DNA from: Eukaryota sp. GEM-RC1
Lineage: Eukaryota
DNA length: 64,000 nucleotides
Assembly: GCA_040285855.1 (NCBI GenBank)
Contig: JAUFOQ010000002.1
Coordinates: forward strand, 3,100,001 to 3,164,000
Direction: 5' to 3'
In this document: piece by piece, positions 25,823-37,371 of the stretch
How positions within the stretch are numbered: position 1 is the first letter of the stretch
Layout of the letters: every line of letters begins with the position of its first letter
Program-made: the position numbers and the translations under genes
Notes under the pieces: generated by a model
Databases searched by the model: none
The model's input: the letters and a program-made list of their open reading frames with translations, nothing else
What the model was told of the DNA's origin: nothing

Positions 25823-26019
25823 ACATCTCCATGATTAAAGCAACATTCATTGCCATTAAAACTCACATCAGCTTTTTATTTTGTACGTCTGATTTCTACC
25901 ACTTCCAGTGTAGATGAACAAATGTTGAACACATCACATCTGTGTAAACCCAATATTTTCTTCTTCATAAAAAAATACATAGAGCTAATTGAGCTTTTCA
26001 AATCATAATAGGAATTGTT

Positions 26020-26200
26020 TTAAATATCGGAAAGACATTACTAGTACGATTCAACCAAAACTTAAAATCAAATTTCTTGTTCATTCTTTTTTTGGCAACT
26101 TTCTCAAAATCAGAGAGAAAACAAAGAGCATCTTACCAAGGCGACCATAAATTGAAATCGCAAAAGGACTTAATTTGTACTCCACATGTCTAGTATGTTT
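26020..26200 (-). mobile_element. Degraded 3' fragment of a related CRE-type element
   Basis: Minus strand reads ...YKLSPFAISIYGRLG...FDFKFWLNR, homologous to the REL C-terminus at 25490-25640. Confidence 0.6.
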
Positions 26201-26320
26201 GAGAGCAGTCAATGTACAACTGAACATAGCTGACTTTGAGTTCTATTACTAGTATAGAAAAAAATCCATCATCTCTTGAAGAAACATAAAGTCTAAAGAC
26301 GTAAACAAAATTAAATTATA

Positions 26321-26780
26321 AGAGTTTATTTGCAACAATAAATTAATACATACTAATTCAGAAAATGAAAGAAGTTAAATTCTCCACATCAACACGAGAA
26401 TTGTCCCTATACAACTTCGAATAAATGGAACAAAATTAAATTCCATGACAAGGTCTTGAACCCCAAAAAGTTTCTTTAAAATTCCGTCGAAATACGGAAA
26501 CATTGAACGAAATATAGAAACATTCCAAAAACTAATGTTAAACTTCTTGCCAAATTCACAACAAAATTGATTAAAAGACGACATAATCGTTTGACCTGCA
26601 GAACCCAAATTCCCATAAACTGAAATAACGAATGGTTGAAACACCAAAGGATTATGTCTTTGTGAACTTATTTTAGAAATATAATCACAATAACGAAGAC
26701 ATGTCTTATCTTCAGCATTATCCAAAGGTGAAAAGTGATCATTCAATATTTTACTACAAGCAGAATCATTACATAGAGAC
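26321..26780 (-). mobile_element. 3' fragment of a second CRE-type subfamily
   Basis: FQPFVISVYGNLGSAG motif; the terminal ~110 nt are nearly identical (inverted) to 60160-60270. Confidence 0.75.
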
Positions 26781-27177
26781 AGAAAAGAAATATGGAGATG
26801 GGAACGGCCACCAACTACTAGTAGCTAGTTGATGGATGACAGATAAAACCATCTATACTGGTGCTTCAGAATACTGGAAAACTTACAGTAATTCACACTT
26901 TTTCCAGTGTTATCAGTTTTCTGAAGTGAGCTACTACATGTAGTAGTTAGATAGATGTGCACATTCATTTCTTTTTTTTTATTTTCATTAATTTATCGAA
27001 CAAAAACACTAAGATAGACACAAATACTAGAACTCAATATCATTAAAGCAACAATCATTGCCATTAGAACTCACATCAGCTTTTTCTTCATAAAAAATAC
27101 TGAGAGCTAATAGAGCTTTTGAAATCATTTCGTATTTCACAACAAACAAAGATTTTTCTGTTCTTTGTCCACTTCTT

Positions 27178-27729
27178 ATGGATATTCACTCTCTCTTTGG
27201 AATTGGTGATTCCGACCTAGAGGAGTTCGATGTTTCACAGGAAGAATCCTCTCAAACTCAATCTGATCCTCTTGACCAGCACTATACCCACTTAGAATCT
27301 TCAGCAACTGTATCTCTACCATACCCTCTCCCATCTTTATCATCAAATATCCGAAGTTACATAATACCAGAGGGATTTATTAACATTGGGGATGAATCTT
27401 CATCTACAACTTCTCCTTACACTATTCATATTCGCAGGGATCCGGATGGTACCATTCACAGCAATGCGAACATAGTCTTTTGGAGCAATGGTGATGTTAC
27501 TTTCCACATTGGTTCCAAGACTGTTCTAGCCAAAATAGAGTCGCTTTCAGACCTGTTTAAGGGACATTATTTAGCACAAAACTATGATGAGGCTGGTTGT
27601 TATGTGACTTTAGGGCAAGTTGATAGGAAACTCAACATGCAAAAAGTTGATGCAAAGCATGAGGTTTTACCAAAAACCCCGATAGTTAAGCTTGAATCTG
27701 CTCCCCGAACAACCAAAAGCCACATTTGA
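27178..27729 (+). CDS. LEO1: Leo1-like Paf1 complex subunit
   Basis: IRRDPDGTIHSNANIVFWSNGDVTFHIG resembles the Leo1 core SNARIVKWSDGS..L.IG. Confidence 0.7.
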   Translation: MDIHSLFGIGDSDLEEFDVSQEESSQTQSDPLDQHYTHLESSATVSLPYPLPSLSSNIRSYIIPEGFINIGDESSSTTSPYTIHIRRDPDGTIHSNANIVFWSNGDVTFHIGSKTVLAKIESLSDLFKGHYLAQNYDEAGCYVTLGQVDRKLNMQKVDAKHEVLPKTPIVKLESAPRTTKSHI

Positions 27730-27921
27730 TCCTAGTCATCACTCTGTTGGAGGTGTGAAGGACTTAACATTGACAGAAGACTTTTTAATGCAAGAGGATT
27801 CAGTGAGTTATATAGAACAACGAAAATAAGTAAACAAATTTGGCAAGTACCAAAGAGAATCAAGAGCTATGTTCTAGTTAACATTAGAATCGGATAAATT
27901 ACAACAGATAAATACACAGAA

Positions 27922-28918
27922 TTAATCTAGTTCGTCCAAATCTTCACCTTCATCAGGATTTGGTTCAGTCGCTTGTGTAATAAAAAAACTATCTTCCTCA
28001 TCTTCTAATTCTTCTACTGTGGCATCTTTTGGTGAGAACGGTTCTATAACAACCTCTTCTAGCTCTGGAAGGGCTTCCTCTTTGAGATCACCTATAGGCT
28101 CACTCTCCATTGGAGATGCCACGTCATCAGTGGTGACGTCATCAGACACGTCATCGGTATCATCTACAATGTTTGTGTTATTACAGAACTTCTCTCTAAA
28201 GGCTTGCATGTTCTGTTTATCTTTATCTAACTTCTCCACGCGCTGACGTTCTCTTTCTTTCTGCTCCGCCTCAAGTCCACCCTCTGCCCACGCCTTGACT
28301 AGCATCCTCTCAGCATCAAAAACAGGCCTATCATCAAGGTAAGTGAGATTGGGTAGAGTAGAGAGAAGAGTTTTTCTATAGTTTTCAATCTTTTTTTACT
28401 ACTGGGTTTCCGTTAAGATACAAGACTTTTAGATTGGGCATCTGCTCTAGGACTTCAATGATTCCCGTGTCGTCTAGAACGTTGTCAGAGAGATCTAGAA
28501 CGGATATAGAAGGACATTCGATTAAATGGCGGATGGAATCAGCGTCGGATAGTTGGTTCTTTTTGAGATGAAGAGCACGAAGGTTGGGAAGAGTGGAGAG
28601 GTTTTCAAGGTGAGAGACAAAGTTGTTACTAAGGTTGAGTTGATCTAGAAGGGAGAGATGAGAAATGTGATCAATTTTGGATATACAGTTTTCTTGAGCA
28701 TATAGACAGCGAAGGTCAGTCTGGGCAGAGAGGCCATTGAGTGATTTGAGACCATTTCCTTCAAGCCACAGTGATTTTATGGCAGTGTAAGGCTCCAAGT
28801 TATCAATTGCAAGAAAACCTTGATAATGAAGGTACATGACTTCATTTAAGTTAGGAGTAGTGTAGAGCTTCTGCTTTTTGCACAAGTCTCTGAGCAGAGC
28901 CGCAGTCATGACTGTCAT
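27922..28918 (-). CDS. DNAAF1: Dynein axonemal assembly factor 1 (LRRC50/ODA7), frameshift near 28390
   Basis: [43 protein letters not shown], LRRs, YRK...[20 protein letters not shown]. Confidence 0.92.
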
Positions 28919-28958
28919 TTGAACTGGTTCAGAAAAAATGCGGATTTTGGTTTCCCAA

Positions 28959-29324
28959 ATGGCTGACTCGTCTCTCCTCTTCGATTTAGATAACAACCTT
29001 CGTCTTTTAGATCCATCCTCTTTTCATCAGACAGAGGAGCTTGTCAATGAACTTGAAAACTTTACCGAACAGTTCAAACAACACACAACAGCAGTCGCAG
29101 ATGTTCTGCCATCTCTAGCGAAACTGCGAGAACATATCGACAGTGCTCGTCTTGTCGTACTGGGCCTAAAAAATCGAAAGCAACAACGTGCAGTTGATCA
29201 GAACCGAAAGAAGGAGATGCTAGAGTATATGATTTCTGCATCACGAGCAAAGTTATCCCATCTAGAAGATCAGGAGGAGTATCTGACATCCCTTATTGAT
29301 TCACTTTCTTCTGCAACCGACTAA
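28959..29324 (+). CDS. IFT20: Intraflagellar transport protein 20
   Basis: LLFDLDNNLRLLDP...TEEL N-terminus and a ~120-aa coiled coil typical of IFT20. Confidence 0.85.
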   Translation: MADSSLLFDLDNNLRLLDPSSFHQTEELVNELENFTEQFKQHTTAVADVLPSLAKLREHIDSARLVVLGLKNRKQQRAVDQNRKKEMLEYMISASRAKLSHLEDQEEYLTSLIDSLSSATD

Positions 29325-29409
29325 GTCCATGTCCTCTTCTCCCATCTTCACTATGTATATTATTTGTACTATTTTTAAAAAACAAGCTATATTAAATTAC
29401 TAAATATGA

Positions 29410-30273
29410 CTAATTACTGTCATTTACGCTACATAAACAAGTTAATCGACAGTCTAGTTCAGTACTTTCTACTTCCTTTAGCTCAGAAGTATCTAACACT
29501 GATAGTTTACCATTGCTTCCAATCACTGCAATCTGATCATTATTCACTAATGCAAGGCCACGTACACGTTGGCCAAAATCAACTACAACTGAAGCTTCTG
29601 CATTAAAGTCAGACAGATTGTACTTTGAAATAGTACAGTGATGAGATAAAAAGACAGAATCACCAACAACCAAAACTTCTTTTGCACTTCCAGAACACGT
29701 CTGCTTGATCTCCTTTTTACCAGCAATGTCGACATAAAGAAAATCTGCCATTGTAGCTATTATTAGCTTTGTTCCATCACTTGAGAATGAACATGAAAGA
29801 GGATTTGATGAGAGCTTCTTAGACGTAATGACTTTGAAACCAGCCATATCGATTAAAGAAAACCTATTGTCGGAAGTCAGCACTAGACAAATTGTAGAGT
29901 CACAGTGAATTGCTATCGAAACAATAGATGCTTTAAGACGAAGTTCAGCTACAGAAGACCAATCAGATGTTCTAGATAAGACTAGCTTCCCATCTTTCGA
30001 TCCAGAGACTAAGAATCGTTCACTATTGTCAAAGCACAGTGCAGTGATCGTATCGTTGTGACAATATAGAGAAGTAAGTTCTCTACGTTTTTGAGCATCA
30101 AAAACATGTATTATTTCATCTGTTGAACCAGAAGCAAAATACTTACGCATACAAGCCAAAGCTTTGACAGTATCTGAATGACAAACATGTTGAAAGACAG
30201 GTTGTAGTGATGTATCGATAAGTTCAAAGCCTAAGACAGTACGTTCATAACATCCACAAATGATGAGACTCAT
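29410..30273 (-). CDS. PAK1IP1: WD40 protein PAK1IP1/MAK11-like (60S biogenesis)
   Basis: IICGCYERTVLG start, ASGSTDEIIHVFD, terminal CRLTCL. Confidence 0.8.
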   Translation of the reverse strand: MSLIICGCYERTVLGFELIDTSLQPVFQHVCHSDTVKALACMRKYFASGSTDEIIHVFDAQKRRELTSLYCHNDTITALCFDNSERFLVSGSKDGKLVLSRTSDWSSVAELRLKASIVSIAIHCDSTICLVLTSDNRFSLIDMAGFKVITSKKLSSNPLSCSFSSDGTKLIIATMADFLYVDIAGKKEIKQTCSGSAKEVLVVGDSVFLSHHCTISKYNLSDFNAEASVVVDFGQRVRGLALVNNDQIAVIGSNGKLSVLDTSELKEVESTELDCRLTCLCSVNDSN

Positions 30274-30339
30274 TTCAAGTTGGCAAAAGTGAAGTTCTGA
30301 TCACAACTTTTTCAACCAACTTAAAACAAATAATCTTAC

Positions 30340-32398
30340 ATGACTCTTCTACCCAGTGATAGAAAGGCAGCAGCCTTTTTCTTCTTCAGTTCTAGAGGGG
30401 ATTCTGACTCTGAAGGGGAACTCGAATCTCTTTCTTCCCTAGTTCTTCATGATGATCAAGTTTTTTCCTCTGCAGAAGAAGCTTCTGAATACGAACTCTC
30501 CGATCATGAAAACGATACTCCCGCTACTGCTAAATTCCTCCTCAGACCTAAATACGGTCGTGAGTATTTCTATAAGACTACTGATGATCGGGAAGCGGCC
30601 TCCAAAATTAAAGCCAAGCCCATCAAGCCGAAGAGAGAGGACAGAAAACCCACTGAAAAAACCACAATCACACCTTCTACACGCAAGGAGGAAGACCTTA
30701 TCCTTACCAGAGGTGATATCACCAAGAAACTGACCGAGATCCTCACGCTGCGTGGTAGGAAGTCCATCGATCGTAGAGAACAAGTCGATGCTCTAAAAGA
30801 ACTTGCCGATGTTGCCAAGAAACTGAAACTCCCCAGTCTAGAAGCCCACCTTAAACTACAAGTAGCCTCTGCTATCTTTGACATCATGGTCGGACAAGCC
30901 ACCATTGCCATGCCTAGAGATTTGTGGGGGGAAGCTCTAACTATGCTTAACGAAGCGCTTACCCTTGCCGACGAGAATCCCGTCATTGTCCTCGACTCCA
31001 AGCTCGTTGACACCGCCCCTACTGAAGATGTTGCTTTCTCCATGCATCTCTCCCTGTCCCCTTTTGTTACCAAGCTTGAGTACGAGCTGACCAAGGCTCT
31101 GCAGTTGGTAGACTATCGTGATGCAGAGGAGTATCAACAACGAGTTGATGACGAGCTGGAGTTTCTTAAACTGGCTGAAAGAGCTCAGGATTACTATCAT
31201 CGGAACGAGTTGTACAGTCACTGTATCCATTTGGCCCTGCGTCAACTGGAACACGTGTTTTTCCGAACTGATGACGAACATAGCCATTTGCTCATGTTCC
31301 CTCAATTTTGACCACTCAAAGGTTCAAAATGTGACGTCATTGATTGAGTCTTTGGTTAAGATGATCTTCTCCGAGTATCACTCTAAAACTAGAGATAAGA
31401 ATAGAGAGGAAGCAGATGATGAGTTCTATGCTATTACTAAGACTTCTCTGCTGTACGTGCATCATTTGGCTCTTTTAGGAAGGTTTAGAGAAGCTAAAGA
31501 TCGTTTATTGATGACTCATCTACATGAGAAACTTCATGATCCTAAATATCCCCTTTCAAATGATCATTCAATCAAAATGATTTACAATAGAGTTTTGACT
31601 GTGCTTGGTGTATCAGCATTTAGGAATGGTGAGTTCTATGATGCGGTTTCCCTTTTGTCAGATGTTGTTGGCTCTGGAAAAGCTAGGGAATTGACTTCTC
31701 AAGACTTCAAACTTCCTAAACATGCACCATATAATCAATTTTTAAAATTGGAGTTGATTGAAGTCGTGTTTCATTTGTCCGCTCTTTTGATTGAGATTCC
31801 GTTCACTGTTGGATCTAAGAACGTCACTGTTGCTCAATCCTTAATGACTCCTTCTATGCCTTCTCTCTTCGATTGTACTGATAGAACTAGAAGACCTTTC
31901 ACCAAGGTTTTTAGAAGATTAATGGGTATTGAACAGAGAGCTTTGTTCGCTACCCCACCAGAGTCGTCAAGAGATTGGACTGTTTACTTGGCTAAGGCTG
32001 TAGAAGAGGGAGAAGTAGGAAGAGCTGTGGAGATTTTGCAGAATTTAGATATTTGGAATAATATTGCTAATTCCGAAGAATGTCTGGAGCTGTATGAAAC
32101 CGAGCTTCGTGTAGCTTGTTTGTTGTGTTTTGTTCACAAATCTATTGCTCAGATTGAGTGTATTCCTTTGTCTTTATTGTCTGATATGTTTTTGATTTCT
32201 CTTGATCGATTGGTGACGTTATTTAGTCAGTTTATTGTGAAAGGATGGATTATAGGAAGGTTAATCAAAAATGATGGCCAATGGGTGTTAAAGTGTGGTC
32301 AGCAGCCGGCATCTGATCCTTTTGTCTTGGAGGTTTTCAATTTAGCTGAAAAAAGTAGTTTTTTGAAGGAGTTGTTACTGTCTGAGCCTTCTACATAG
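30340..32398 (+). CDS. EIF3C: Translation initiation factor eIF3 subunit c (frameshift near 31305)
   Basis: KKLTEILTLRGRKSIDRREQV, YELTKALQ.VD....EY..R..DE, AKDRLLMTHL, PPESSRD and PCI-like C-terminus. Confidence 0.88.
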
Positions 32399-33268
32399 TT
32401 ATCGTTTAAGTTAGTTTTTATCATAAAAGAATTCTTTTTGAATTGGCAGTTCAGTATACATTTTTTAATATTTACCGCATTGTTCTGGTTTTGTCAGTTC
32501 TACACGTAGGTTGATACTGGATCCTTTTTCAAAATGACAATTATCGTATGCTCCTAAGATTGATTACTGAATTTTTAATGAATTCTTTCCTCCTCTGTTC
32601 TCATCCTATGTAACAATTATCTCAGTATGACTATCTAAACAGTTGGAACAGTTACTACGTTCCAAAATGTATTCAGCAGTCGAACATTTCTTGCTTGGTT
32701 AAAACAAATGATTGTAATTTTGTACTTTCATCGATTCAGAATATCATAATTACTAAATATCGTTGTTACTGTCATTTTTTGGATAATTGTTGCTAAATCG
32801 AAACTGCATATTGTTGTTTACGGATGTTGATATGATAAATACTTTTAAATAAATGCCAGTTTTGCGGATCAACTCAAAGTTGTTTCTCAGGTTTTCAAAC
32901 GATACATTACGAGGTAATTTAAACTTGTGAATCTTTACTCTTAATTCATTGTAGATACACCATTCAGTTTAGAAAACCCTCTGTAAATTAATATGTGTTT
33001 TAATATTGTTGTTATCAAACGGTTTCCTCCTTATGACGGGACAATTGACCTTCAGTGTCTCCACATTTATGGTCTGAGCATGTGGGTTTTTGGATGAATC
33101 ACAACTGTAACTTTACTGTGATTGTTTTTCTAGGTTAGCCTAAATTGTTTGGAAACTTCTGTTAACTCGAAATTGGTAATGATGTTGTCAATCAAACAAA
33201 TGAGTATGCAAAAAATAGAATTTAAATAATTTAATTAATAAGGAAAGAAAAAGAAATCAAGAGACAAT

Positions 33269-34306
33269 CTACTCACCGTCACGATCAACATTTTCAAACA
33301 TCAGCGGCATAACTTCCAGATCGTGAACAAAAGTATTCTCAATTTTTAAATTTTCCAGGACCCACGAAGTCAAATCAATCTCCTGAAATTTAAAATTCTC
33401 ACATGAAACAAATTTCAAAAATTCAGAATCGTTTGCAGAACTCTTATGACATATTCCGACAACAAAACTATTCCTATTAGAACAATAACTACTACTGCTG
33501 GGAATTTCGCCTTCTGATAAATTTAATATTGCTTCAGTCTTGATAGTTTTATCATTTGCGACATTTAGAACAAATAATTTAAAAATCGAATCTTCAGACG
33601 TTGCTCCAGCTAACAGTAGAAGAGATCCATGCACACACAAAATCGAAAAATATCTGAAATTTTCAATTTGTTTCGAAGAAAGAGGGTAAACAGTTCCACT
33701 ACTATTCACATCAAACAACAGAATGTTTCCATCTAAATCAATAGAGATCAAATACTCTGAATCAAGAAGTTGAATTGTAGCAAGAGACGAAATCGTATTT
33801 GAATTCCCAAAGAAAAATCCATCGATAATGTCTGATGATGGCAAAAGAGTTTTTCTAATTCGGTCGTCACGATCAGTCGTGAAAATATACTGTTGTTGTG
33901 AATCAATAATCAAAGAGTGTATACCTAGGAGATGTCCAAGAAGATGAACTGGACGGGAATCACGCGTGATGTAAACGTCACCTTCCCTATCAGCAAAGAT
34001 GACATAGAAGGTATCATTGTGAATGATAGAGGAATGACAGGAGATTCGTCTGGTGAGGGAGTTCGCGGGAACATGAAAATGTAGGGACCAATCTTTAGTA
34101 GAGAAAGCTTGGATATCATCAGCAATGACATAGAAGAAGTGATAATCAGACGAAATGCCGCAGAAGCGTATCAGAGAGGTTGATGAGTGGTGGAACAGTT
34201 TGGTGGTACAAGAGCAGTCAAAAACAGACAAGCTACATCCTGAGGAGATGACAAAGAAGGGGGATCTGAGTAGTACACATCCAATGCCAGACACTGTATA
34301 ACGCAT
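33269..34306 (-). CDS. WDR4: tRNA m7G46 methyltransferase non-catalytic subunit WDR4/Trm82
   Basis: ADREGDVY...LLGHL...YIFTTDRDDRIR...IDGFFFG motifs. Confidence 0.85.
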   Translation of the reverse strand: MRYTVSGIGCVLLRSPFFVISSGCSLSVFDCSCTTKLFHHSSTSLIRFCGISSDYHFFYVIADDIQAFSTKDWSLHFHVPANSLTRRISCHSSIIHNDTFYVIFADREGDVYITRDSRPVHLLGHLLGIHSLIIDSQQQYIFTTDRDDRIRKTLLPSSDIIDGFFFGNSNTISSLATIQLLDSEYLISIDLDGNILLFDVNSSGTVYPLSSKQIENFRYFSILCVHGSLLLLAGATSEDSIFKLFVLNVANDKTIKTEAILNLSEGEIPSSSSYCSNRNSFVVGICHKSSANDSEFLKFVSCENFKFQEIDLTSWVLENLKIENTFVHDLEVMPLMFENVDRDGE

Positions 34307-34822
34307 TAAAGAACAAAAATAATTACACTGGTCATTCTGTTGTAATTAGACTATTTTACTTTTCGATTTTCGGGCATTAGAGATTTCCGGTGTCAAATTG
34401 GAGTGAATAATTGAACCACTATACTAGTAGGAAGGAAGTGAGAAATTTCTCTGTCATTAATCACAGTATAGCATAATATGCTAAGCATATACACTTTTCT
34501 TGGATAAAAAGTAACTTTTGATTACGCATTTAAACTAAATAAACTGCACTTTGAGAATTACTGTGATGCACACTATGTGCTTGATTTTGTTCTATAACCT
34601 AGTTTTACCAGTAAAAACTTGACTCATTTTTTGTGTATTATGATACTCAAAGAATATTATCGCATGTTAATGAAGAGATACGTGATGATACTGTTAGAAG
34701 ACGCAATCAAGAAGACCGCAGGTGTGTTTAACAAGTAATGTATACGGTTGTTTATTATATGATGATGATCGTCAGTACTACAATGATGAGCCGTCGTTGT
34801 CATTTATGGTCCAGAGACCATA

Positions 34823-35267
34823 CACTAATCACGGTAATTAGTCTCACGTGGTAGTTAGTCTCACTCAGACTAATTTTCTGTTGTAACACTTTTAACTAAA
34901 ACTCGATTGGAAATAAGTCTCACTTTTTGTAATAGAAAAGTTCTTTTCAACAAATAGAACAACCTTCGGCTAATACAAATGCTGAACCACGACGATGTTT
35001 CTTCTATTCCCCTACCAGTAGCATCTCCATTGATGTTTGTATTTACACGTCAAGAAATTGTTGGTCAGGACGTCGTTCTTTCAATAATGAGCGTATTATA
35101 GCACATCCTTCTGGTTGCCGAAGGTTAATGGTTTACTGGTTGGTTTATCCATCCTAATATGATTGTTGTGGAAGTATATCAAGCTGACGAATGCTCTGCT
35201 ATTCTATTGATCATTATGAATGAGAACAAAATTTGGTTGGATGTGAGACTAATTACCATGATTAGTA
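34823..35267. mobile_element. Tc1/mariner-type MITE
   Basis: 25-bp TIR CACTAATCACGGTAATTAGTCTCAC / GTGAGACTAATTACCATGATTAGTA (2 mismatches), flanked by TA on both sides. Confidence 0.8.
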
Positions 35268-35612
35268 TAGCCTGACAAACAATTGACATACTCTCATTTG
35301 TGATGTTATAACCATTGCATTACTTGTCGAATACAATATAAATTAAGTATTTTAACAATTGCCCTCATCGACTCCAAAGCACTCCCAGCAGTGAGTTTTC
35401 TTTTGGAGGACAAAACTACTTTAATGTCACAATGGATGCAGATTGAAAATCGAGTCTCTTGTATTCATTCAGGTTGAGTAATATAAATCTTGAAAAACAC
35501 ACACACAATAGTAAGAGTTGATCAAGTTTCGGCTTCAATTTTATTCATCAATTAGAAAATAACACCATATTTTGCGTATTTTCATCCCAAATAAAAAAAG
35601 AAGAAATATCAC

Positions 35613-36110
35613 TCACAAAAAAGTGCGATACCCAATTATGGATAAATGTGAAACATAAAAGAACCAATGATGTGGTACAAATCTACAGTGTACTAAACGT
35701 TCATTTGAAAAGTGATTTATATGATTTGGAGAAGAAACATAATCATCCGCTGTCCTTTTATTAGTGGGGAAAGCGGATGCAAAAGCGGGTGCGATTTTCT
35801 GGTAGAATCTGACATCGCACCCGCTGTCTTTGTCTAATGTTTCTTTCATTAAGTAGACTTTACTTCTTGGTGGTTGATTTTGATCCTTTCTGAGCAATCT
35901 TGCGTTGTTTCGCCTTGTGTGCATAAATTCGGCGGTTTGCATTCTTGCCAAACTTGGCAAAAGTACAGCCGTGATTGATGGGTTGTCCCCGAACCTTTTT
36001 GTTGCATCTGAAACAAAAGAATCCCATGAAATCAGCTCATTTATACACATAGTTTTGTAATTATAGAATAAATATTGTTTTCTGTTTTCCAATTTCACAT
36101 CATATACCAT
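35613..36110 (-). CDS. Hypothetical protein divergent from the 2A/Fanzor cassette
   Basis: 165-aa ATG ORF starting ~140 bp from the 36253 ORF; no recognised domain. Confidence 0.4.
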   Translation of the reverse strand: MVYDVKLENRKQYLFYNYKTMCINELISWDSFVSDATKRFGDNPSITAVLLPSLARMQTAEFMHTRRNNARLLRKDQNQPPRSKVYLMKETLDKDSGCDVRFYQKIAPAFASAFPTNKRTADDYVSSPNHINHFSNERLVHCRFVPHHWFFYVSHLSIIGYRTFL

Positions 36111-36252
36111 ATACTGTTAGTTACAATTAGTACGACATCAACTGTTATTGTATCAGTGACATATTCTCAAACTTGTCAAGATGTCAACATGTCAATGTAG
36201 ACATTAACCACAAATAGTTCAAACAGAAATTTAAGATCATTCGCTTAGTGAG

Positions 36253-37371
36253 ATGTCTATCGACTTTGTGTTGGTTAGATATCTCACTGTGCTTCGTCTC
36301 CCCCACTGTCAGGAGCCTTCAATGGGTCTTTTGATCCTCAGATCACTCCTTTGCTTGGTTTGTTGTCTTATCACTCAAGACCGTCAGGTCTTTATGAAGA
36401 TTTTCATGGGTCCCTCGATCCTCAAATCTCTTCTATTTCTTTTTTGTTTTTGTCTTATCACTCAAGACCGTCAGGTCTTTATGAAGATTTTCATGGGTCC
36501 CTCGATCCTCAAATCTCTTCTATTTCTTTTTTGTTTTTGTTATAGTACTGCATACTGTAGTGGTTCTTGTTGTGCTGGTTGCATTACAAAATCCAAAATA
36601 AATCTCCAGTCATCACAATTTCTCCGTGATTTGACTATGGACGGGGACATTGAGTCTAATCCTGGACCCGATCTAATTGAAAATCATTCCAATATTGATT
36701 CTTTGCTACCTCATAGTTGGTTATGGACCACTATTGTAGACTTTTATGGACAGTACATTACTGAACATAGTGTTAAATGTTCATATCTCTCGTGTGAAGC
36801 ATTGTCACTTGCAATTACAGAGGACAATTTGGCTGAAGAAGAAAGAGATCGTTGGCATCTTCACAAACTATTTCAAGACACCTTAGATTTGATGAATTCT
36901 TTCAGACCACCAACCAAACAATATTTGTTTATTCCAATAAACGATGGTATCTTTAATAATGAAGCTACTCACGGGACTCTGTTGATTTGTGATATTAAGA
37001 GAAAAAGATACTATTCCCTTGATCCAATGTTTACTCAAAATCAACATCAAAAGTTTTCAGATACTTTAGGTCGTTGCGAAGATGTTATTAGACAATTTGA
37101 ATATGATGCTCTAGAAATGAGGAAAAGGATTTTGAATCTCATCATTGACACTCACACTGGTCAACATCGATCTGTTGCTCAACAAATTTTAAATTCAATC
37201 TTGTCTGGAGAAATTGTACAACAAACAATCGAAGTTCAACAAACAACTCAAGTTTCTACTGGTAGAAGAAAGACACAATGTCCCAAAACTAATCAACCTG
37301 CTGGAAAAGAAATAAATCTTCTGACACTTCTGAAAGAACTACACGTAAGTCATCTCGTCGTAAAACTCTAG
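36253..37371 (+). CDS. Polyprotein part 1: hydrophobic leader - 2A peptide - Ulp1/SENP8-like (C48) protease domain, degraded
   Basis: RDLTMDGDIESNPGP, then LLPHSWLWTTIVDFYGQYI and YLFIPIND...THGTLLICDIKRKRYYSLDP, matching C48 protease architecture; no QxNxxDCG catalytic Cys motif seen. Confidence 0.65.
   Translation: MSIDFVLVRYLTVLRLPHCQEPSMGLLILRSLLCLVCCLITQDRQVFMKIFMGPSILKSLLFLFCFCLITQDRQVFMKIFMGPSILKSLLFLFCFCYSTAYCSGSCCAGCITKSKINLQSSQFLRDLTMDGDIESNPGPDLIENHSNIDSLLPHSWLWTTIVDFYGQYITEHSVKCSYLSCEALSLAITEDNLAEEERDRWHLHKLFQDTLDLMNSFRPPTKQYLFIPINDGIFNNEATHGTLLICDIKRKRYYSLDPMFTQNQHQKFSDTLGRCEDVIRQFEYDALEMRKRILNLIIDTHTGQHRSVAQQILNSILSGEIVQQTIEVQQTTQVSTGRRKTQCPKTNQPAGKEINLLTLLKELHVSHLVVKL
36364..36540 (+). 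repeat. Perfect 87-bp in-frame tandem duplication
   Basis: CLITQDRQVFMKIFMGPSILKSLLFLFCF encoded twice (period 87). Confidence 0.95.
36613..36669 (+). other. 2A-like ribosome-skipping (StopGo) peptide 1
   Basis: SQFLRDLTMDGDIESNPG/P fits the D(V/I)ExNPG-P consensus. Confidence 0.85.

Noticed and set aside
30439..31305. Antisense and alternate-frame ORFs over eIF3c (also over 46382-47479, 57363-58692 and others)
   Set aside because: Shadow ORFs of well-supported genes with no independent motifs.
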